DNA of 24,974 bases from Nitrospirae bacterium MYbin3. Lineage in GTDB: Bacteria > Nitrospirota > Thermodesulfovibrionia > Thermodesulfovibrionales > Dissulfurispiraceae. Where the stretch lies: contig PEAD01000011.1 of the NCBI GenBank assembly GCA_002753335.1, forward strand, positions 62,001 through 86,974. The letters run 5' to 3'. The position numbers were made by a program, and so were the translations under genes. The notes under the pieces are model-generated. The model had not been told where the DNA came from. It searched no databases and worked only from the letters and a program-made list of their open reading frames with translations. Each line of letters begins with the position of its first letter. Within the stretch, counting starts at the first letter, position 1. This document shows, one piece after another, positions 20,064 to 24,974 of the stretch.

Positions 20064-21596
20064 CTAACCGGCCCTCAGTTCAATGTTGTACTTCTTTATT
20101 TTATATCCTATTTGTCGTGAAGTGATTCCAAGAAGCCGTGCTGCCTTTGCATGAACACCATTTGTTGCATGCAGGGCGTTCAATATACGCAGTTTTTCTA
20201 TGTCTTTTACTGCCGAAGGCAGAGCATCTTGCAACTGAATCCCGTATTTTGCGCCCGTAGATTTATCCCTTATTAAGGCAGGGATATCCGAAGGCTCGAT
20301 TTTATCGCCTGACGACATAACAACAAGCCGCTCTATTGTGTTCTCAAGCTCTCTGACATTGCCCGGCCAGTCGTAGGCCGAAAGCGTGTCCATCGCAGAA
20401 GGTTTGATAGAAATCGTTTTATCGTTTTCCTTGTTGTACTTTTCGAGGAAGTGTTCGATAAGAAGCGGTATATCATCCTTTCGCTCTCTAAGCGCAGGCA
20501 GAAAAACAGGGACAACATTAAGCCTGTAATAAAGATCTTCTCTGAATTGGCCCTTGGCTACTAGATCTTCAAGGTTCCTGCTGGTGGCGGCTATAAGCCT
20601 TACGTCAACCGAGATGGTTTTTTCTCCGCCCACCCGCTCAAACTCTTTTTCCTGTAGAACGCGAAGTATTTTGGGTTGGAGTGCAAGCGGAAGGTCGCCT
20701 ATTTCATCCAGAAAGATCGTGCCTTTGTCCGCGAGCTCGAACCGGCCTTTTCTGGCGATTATGGCGTTTGTAAATGCTCCTTTTTCATGACCGAAGAGTT
20801 CTGATTCCAAAAGCCCTTCAGGTATAGATGCGCAGTTGAATTTTATAAACCGCTCCTTGCTCCGCGGGCTCATGAAATGTATAGCTTTTGCAACAAGTTC
20901 TTTGCCTGTTCCGCTTTCGCCCCGCAGTAAAACATTAGCGCGTGAGGGCGCGACTCTGTGAATCTCTCCGAACACCTCGGTAATCCTAGATGATCTGCCG
21001 ATCATATTATCTACTTTGTATTTGCCTTCGAGCTGCCGGGCAAGAGACTCTTTTGCCTCGATAAGAGTTTCTCTCTCTCTAGCTACTTCTTCATGCAGCT
21101 TTACCGCCTGTCCGATAAGCGATGCAATTATTTTTAACAAGCGAAGATCTTCCTCGAACGAAACGGTTTTTCCGCCGAATAAACGGTCAACGCTCATCAC
21201 GCCAAGAATCTCATTTTTAAATTTTATAGGCACGCAGAGAAAGGCGATATTTTCTCGCTGGACGATTTTACGCGAGCCTGTTTTGTTTAGGAAAAGCGGC
21301 TCGTCTCCGATATTCGGAATAACGATGGGAGAGCCGATTTTAGCCACCCGGCCTATTATTCCCTCGCCGAGCCTGTAGCGGCCTTTTTTTATCTCGTCTT
21401 CGGACATGCCGTGCGCTGCCAGTATTGAAATCTCATCGCCAGACCTTAGCGCTACAGTACCCAGTTTCATGTCAAGGTATTCAGCAAGCACGCGCATTAC
21501 GCCCCGGATATTTGCCTTTAGGTTTAAAGACGCCCCAAGCAGTTTGCTTATCTCATATAGCGCGGTAAGTTCTATTGTCGGGCTGCTTTTAAGCAT
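20064..21596 (-). CDS. nifA: NifA-like sigma54-dependent transcriptional activator (GAF-AAA+-HTH); role in nitrogen fixation not established
   Basis: N-terminal GAF (GEGIIG, FLNKTG, FLCVPI), [48 protein letters not shown], and C-terminal [17 protein letters not shown]. Confidence 0.85.
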   Translation of the reverse strand: MLKSSPTIELTALYEISKLLGASLNLKANIRGVMRVLAEYLDMKLGTVALRSGDEISILAAHGMSEDEIKKGRYRLGEGIIGRVAKIGSPIVIPNIGDEPLFLNKTGSRKIVQRENIAFLCVPIKFKNEILGVMSVDRLFGGKTVSFEEDLRLLKIIASLIGQAVKLHEEVARERETLIEAKESLARQLEGKYKVDNMIGRSSRITEVFGEIHRVAPSRANVLLRGESGTGKELVAKAIHFMSPRSKERFIKFNCASIPEGLLESELFGHEKGAFTNAIIARKGRFELADKGTIFLDEIGDLPLALQPKILRVLQEKEFERVGGEKTISVDVRLIAATSRNLEDLVAKGQFREDLYYRLNVVPVFLPALRERKDDIPLLIEHFLEKYNKENDKTISIKPSAMDTLSAYDWPGNVRELENTIERLVVMSSGDKIEPSDIPALIRDKSTGAKYGIQLQDALPSAVKDIEKLRILNALHATNGVHAKAARLLGITSRQIGYKIKKYNIELRAG

Positions 21597-21601
21597 TTAT
21601 A

Positions 21602-21650
21602 AGTTTAAATAAAGTGCTACAAAAATGTAAATATGCTTACGATATTGTAA
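21602..21650 (-). promoter_or_regulatory. Putative promoter of the NifA-like gene overlapped by two tandem palindromic operators
   Basis: Minus strand TTTACA-N18-TAAACT-N5-ATG; palindromes CTACAAAAATGTAA (21617-21630) and TTACGATATTGTAA (21637-21650). Confidence 0.55.
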
Positions 21651-21667
21651 TTAAATGGATTTGTTTC

Positions 21668-21850
21668 AAAAAGGCTTGCGATAAGCTGGGTATCTTTCGT
21701 TCAGGGCTGCGTTTTGACATTCCTAAATGCTTATTCAGCTACAGCCCTGAAACTCGGCATTAGGCCTCAGATTAGAGGACTCACGGCTGTTTAACGCTTC
21801 ATTTCGCAAAGGAATGTTACCAAAACTCCGCATTCACTCCAGAAACCCAG
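21668..21850 (-). ncRNA. Candidate structured ncRNA, rod-like and 6S-sized; identity and strand uncertain
   Basis: Nested series of helices pairing the two halves; extended -10 ATGCTAATAT (21864-21855) upstream on minus; small hairpin plus T5 downstream. Confidence 0.45.
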
Positions 21851-21896
21851 CCTTATATTAGCATGGCATTAGGCTTAGTGATTTTTCCAAAAAACA

Positions 21897-21926
21897 ATGA
21901 AATTAAACGCTAAAAAGTGTTAAAAT
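21897..21926 (+). promoter_or_regulatory. Putative gyrA promoter
   Basis: ATGAAA-N18-TAAAAT with TG extension (TG-T-TAAAAT at 21918-21926). Confidence 0.5.
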
Positions 21927-21966
21927 ATTAAGCTTTAAACACTGGTATAAGAGAGGATAGGATTTA

Positions 21967-24372
21967 ATGTCAAAGACGTCGGTAAGCATAGAAGAAGAGA
22001 TGAAAGTCAGTTATCTTGATTACGCGATGAGCGTAATTATAGGAAGAGCCCTTCCTGAAGTAAGGGACGGCCTTAAGCCTGTTCAGCGCAGGATACTTTA
22101 CGCTATGTTCCGGGAAGGACTTCTGCCCGGCAAAAAATATTCTAAAAGCGCCGGTGTTGTGGGCGAAGTACTTAAAAAATATCATCCTCACGGCGACTCT
22201 GCGGTTTACGATGCTATGGTCAGGCTTGCGCAGGACTTTAACATGCGCTATCCGCTTGTTGACGGACAGGGGAATTTTGGCTCGCTCGATGGCGACCCGG
22301 CTGCAGCCTACAGATACACCGAAGCCCGCCTCGCAAAACTAGCAGAAGATCTTCTAGCGGATATTGATAAAGAAACGGTGGATTTTACCCCTAATTTTGA
22401 TGAAACTACCGAAGAGCCTCTTGTTCTTCCAACAAGAGTGCCGAATTTATTGATAAACGGTTCTTCCGGAATAGCTGTGGGCATGGCCACTAACATTCCT
22501 CCCCACAATCTTTCCGAAATAGTTGACGGGCTTATAATGCTGCTCGAAAACAAGGACGCTTCTGTTGAAGATTTAATGACGGTTATCAAGGGCCCTGATT
22601 TCCCGACAGGCGCGGTAATACACGGCAGACAGGGCATTATTGATGCTTATACAACGGGCAAGGGTTTGGTCAAGGTAAGGGCAAGGGCGGTAATTGAAGA
22701 GGTTGCAAAGGGCGGGGACAGCATTATCGTAACCGAAATCCCATACCAGTTGAACAAGGCACGGCTTATCGAAAAGATAGCCGAGCTTGTTAGAGAAAAG
22801 AAGATAGAAGGCATTTCTGACGTCCGTGATGAATCGGACAGGGACGGAATAAGAGTGGTGGTTGAACTAAAGCGTGGCGAGATAGCGCAGGTTGTGTTGA
22901 ATAACCTCTACAAGCACACCCAGATGGAGTCCACCTTTGGAATTAATATGCTGGCGATAGTTGGGAACAAGCCCGAAATACTCAGGCTTCCGCAGATGCT
23001 CGGCTATTTTATTCAGCACAGAAAAGACATAGTTGTAAGACGCACGCGTTTTGAGCTTAGAAAAGCGGAAGAAAGGGCGCATATATTAGAGGGGCTTAAG
23101 ATAGCACTTGATCATCTCGATGCGATAATCGCGTTAATAAGAAAATCGAAAAACCCTGACGAGGCCAAAACAGGCCTTATGAAGAACTATCCACTCACAG
23201 AGATCCAGGCGCAGGCGATTCTTGAGATGAGGCTGCAGAGACTTACCGGCCTTGAACGCGAAAAGATCGTTGCGGAATACAAAGACATAATAAAAGAGAT
23301 CGCTAGGCTAAAAGCTATTTTAGGCAGCGATGATCTTGTTGCTAAGATAATAAAAGAAGAGCTTCTCGAAATAAAAGACAAATACGGCGATGAACGCAGG
23401 ACGCAGATAGTTGCCGGCCTAGCTGATTTGAACAAGGCCGACCTTATCACAAAAGAGGAAATGGTTATTACGATCTCCCATCAGGGCTACATAAAACGGA
23501 TACCGCTTTCGATCTTCAGGAGCCAGAAGCGCGGCGGCAAAGGACTGACCGGCATGGAAACCCGTGAGGAGGATTATGTTGAACAGTTGTTTATAGCCTC
23601 CACACATGACCACATGCTTTTTTTCAGCAATCTCGGAAGACTTTACTGGAAGATAATATACGACATCCCTGAATCTAGCAGAACAGCTAAAGGCAAGGCT
23701 ATGGTGAACTTTCTTGCGCTGTCAGAAGGAGAGCGTATAACCACCGCTTTGAACGTCAAAGATTTCAAAGAGGGATACCTTGTGATGTTCACAAAGGCCG
23801 GAATTGTAAAAAAGACGGCGCTCGAAGAGTACGGAAACCCGAGGAGCAAGGGGATTATAGCTGTTACGCTCGATGAAGGTGACGAGCTTATCGCGGTTAA
23901 AAGAACGAGCGGTACAAACGATCTGATCATAGGCACGCACGATGGACAGTCGATACGGTTTAAAGAAGAAGATGTTAGATCCGTTGGCAGGAGCGCCCGT
24001 GGAGTTATTGGTATAAGACTCGAAAAAGATGATGCGGTTGTATCTGCTGATGTTGTTGAACAGGGAACGGTTTTGCTGACCGTTACCGAAAAAGGGTTGG
24101 GCAAGAGAACGAACATAGACCAATACTCGGTTCAGGGCAGGGGCGGCAAAGGCGTAATTTCTATAAAAGTTACGGATAGAGGCGGGAAAGCGGTCGGTCT
24201 TCTTCAGGTGAAAGAAGAGGACGAGATTGTGCTTATAACAAGCAGCGGCAAGCTTATAAAGACAAAGGCCGGCAGCATTTCGGTTTTGGGAAGAAATACT
24301 CAGGGCGTAAAACTTATGGATCTGGATGATGACGACAAAGTGGTCAGCATAGGCAGGGCTGCGGAAGAATAG
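21967..24372 (+). CDS. gyrA: DNA gyrase subunit A
   Basis: YAMSVI.GRALP..RDGLKPV, YHPHGDS, catalytic RYTEAR, GyrA-box QKRGGKG, beta-pinwheel repeats; SD GAGAGGA. Confidence 0.97.
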   Translation: MSKTSVSIEEEMKVSYLDYAMSVIIGRALPEVRDGLKPVQRRILYAMFREGLLPGKKYSKSAGVVGEVLKKYHPHGDSAVYDAMVRLAQDFNMRYPLVDGQGNFGSLDGDPAAAYRYTEARLAKLAEDLLADIDKETVDFTPNFDETTEEPLVLPTRVPNLLINGSSGIAVGMATNIPPHNLSEIVDGLIMLLENKDASVEDLMTVIKGPDFPTGAVIHGRQGIIDAYTTGKGLVKVRARAVIEEVAKGGDSIIVTEIPYQLNKARLIEKIAELVREKKIEGISDVRDESDRDGIRVVVELKRGEIAQVVLNNLYKHTQMESTFGINMLAIVGNKPEILRLPQMLGYFIQHRKDIVVRRTRFELRKAEERAHILEGLKIALDHLDAIIALIRKSKNPDEAKTGLMKNYPLTEIQAQAILEMRLQRLTGLEREKIVAEYKDIIKEIARLKAILGSDDLVAKIIKEELLEIKDKYGDERRTQIVAGLADLNKADLITKEEMVITISHQGYIKRIPLSIFRSQKRGGKGLTGMETREEDYVEQLFIASTHDHMLFFSNLGRLYWKIIYDIPESSRTAKGKAMVNFLALSEGERITTALNVKDFKEGYLVMFTKAGIVKKTALEEYGNPRSKGIIAVTLDEGDELIAVKRTSGTNDLIIGTHDGQSIRFKEEDVRSVGRSARGVIGIRLEKDDAVVSADVVEQGTVLLTVTEKGLGKRTNIDQYSVQGRGGKGVISIKVTDRGGKAVGLLQVKEEDEIVLITSSGKLIKTKAGSISVLGRNTQGVKLMDLDDDDKVVSIGRAAEE

Positions 24373-24385
24373 CTGCAGTCTGAAA

Positions 24386-24414
24386 TTGTTTTTTTTATTA
24401 AAAAAATTTATAAT
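24386..24414 (+). promoter_or_regulatory. Putative sigma70 promoter of the nuoE-like operon
   Basis: TTGTTT-N17-TATAAT. Confidence 0.6.
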
Positions 24415-24458
24415 GTCATAAATTTTAGAGCGAACACAAAGAAAAGGAAAAATATTCG

Positions 24459-24926
24459 ATGCTGGAAACCCTGCAAAGACTTTTAGTGAACTATAAAGAA
24501 CAAGAGGGGAATATAGTCACCCTCCTTCAGGAAACTCAGGCAGCGTTCGGCTATATTCCGGAAGAAGCTGTCAGCTTCTACTCCAGCGAGCTTAATCTGC
24601 CTGCAAGCAACTTTTATGGTGTTGCAACTTTTTATGCGCAGTTTTATCTCAAGCCGCGAGGCAAAAACATAATTACAGCCTGCTGCGGAACCGCCTGCCA
24701 TGTGCGGGGCGGCGACAGGATTATTAACAATGCAAAGCAAGAGCTGTCTCTGACCGGGGACGACAATACGACTAAAGATGGTGAATTTACCCTTGAACAG
24801 GTCGCTTGTGTCGGCGCCTGCAGCGCAGCGCCGGTTGTTTTGGTCAATGATAAAGTGTTCGGGAAGATGACCTCAGAAAAACTAACCAAAGAGATTAAGG
24901 CTATAAAAAAGGCTGACCATGAGTAA
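24459..24926 (+). CDS. nuoE: NuoE/HoxE/HydC-family [2Fe-2S] subunit of an NAD(P)H-dependent oxidoreductase
   Basis: LQ..Q..FGYIP, GVATFYAQF, CCGTACHVRG, ACVGACSAAP. Confidence 0.88.
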   Translation: MLETLQRLLVNYKEQEGNIVTLLQETQAAFGYIPEEAVSFYSSELNLPASNFYGVATFYAQFYLKPRGKNIITACCGTACHVRGGDRIINNAKQELSLTGDDNTTKDGEFTLEQVACVGACSAAPVVLVNDKVFGKMTSEKLTKEIKAIKKADHE

Positions 24927-24974
24927 GAAGCTTTCGATAAAAGTATGCATGGGGCCTGCCGGCATGGTGGCTGG
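24919..24974 (+). CDS. N-terminus of probable long-form NuoF/HydB-like subunit (truncated by window end)
   Basis: ATG overlaps the end of the nuoE-like gene (ATGAGTAA); reads MSKKLSIKVCMGPAGMVA, resembling a thioredoxin-like ferredoxin domain start. Confidence 0.6.
   Translation, partial: MSKKLSIKVCMGPAGMVA

Noticed and set aside
21756..21874. 10-bp direct repeat GGCATTAGGC (21756-21765 and 21865-21874)
   Set aside because: Only two short copies that do not flank the structured element; not a CRISPR array or a target-site duplication.
21864..21879. Possible sigma54 promoter TGGCATTAGGCTTAGT
   Set aside because: The -24 GG is present but the -12 position reads TTAG, lacking the required GC.
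2771..21950. tRNA-anchored genomic island between gyrB and gyrA
   Set aside because: No integrase; the cargo is housekeeping; the only echo of the tRNA 3' end near gyrA is the 6-mer ACTGGT (21941-21946), expected by chance; and the tRNA 3' end points away from the interval.

Overview
An origin-proximal, mostly housekeeping stretch of a bacterial chromosome. Gene content and order suggest an anaerobic Nitrospirota/Desulfobacterota-like organism, but that is inference only. Order: 3' end of dnaN, gyrB, convergent tRNA-Arg(CCT); yggS-proC-yggT-divIVA-hisS-ACT/malic enzyme-dGTPase operon; a perfect parS palindrome; a small accessory patch (exported beta-carbonic anhydrase, adhesin-E-like protein, YgbA-family protein, small lipoprotein); purF-cutA-Cys-rich hypothetical; a low-complexity hypothetical and hisD on the minus strand; an RpoD-family sigma factor, tRNA-Ile2(CAT), CT398-like zinc-ribbon protein, nucleotide-sugar epimerase, rsmA; a minus-strand NifA-like activator plus orphan ParA; gyrA; and the start of a NuoE/NuoF-like (HydC/HydB-type) operon. 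I saw no mobile element, CRISPR array or defence system. The most unusual part is 19279-21870. It holds an unannotated ~170-nt rod-like structured sequence with its own promoter-like motif and mutually exclusive pairings. It also holds a probably leaderless NifA-like gene with a GAFTNA loop and tandem operator palindromes, and a ParA that lacks parB and both canonical DNA-binding arginines. All calls are by eye; no searches or folding programs were run.
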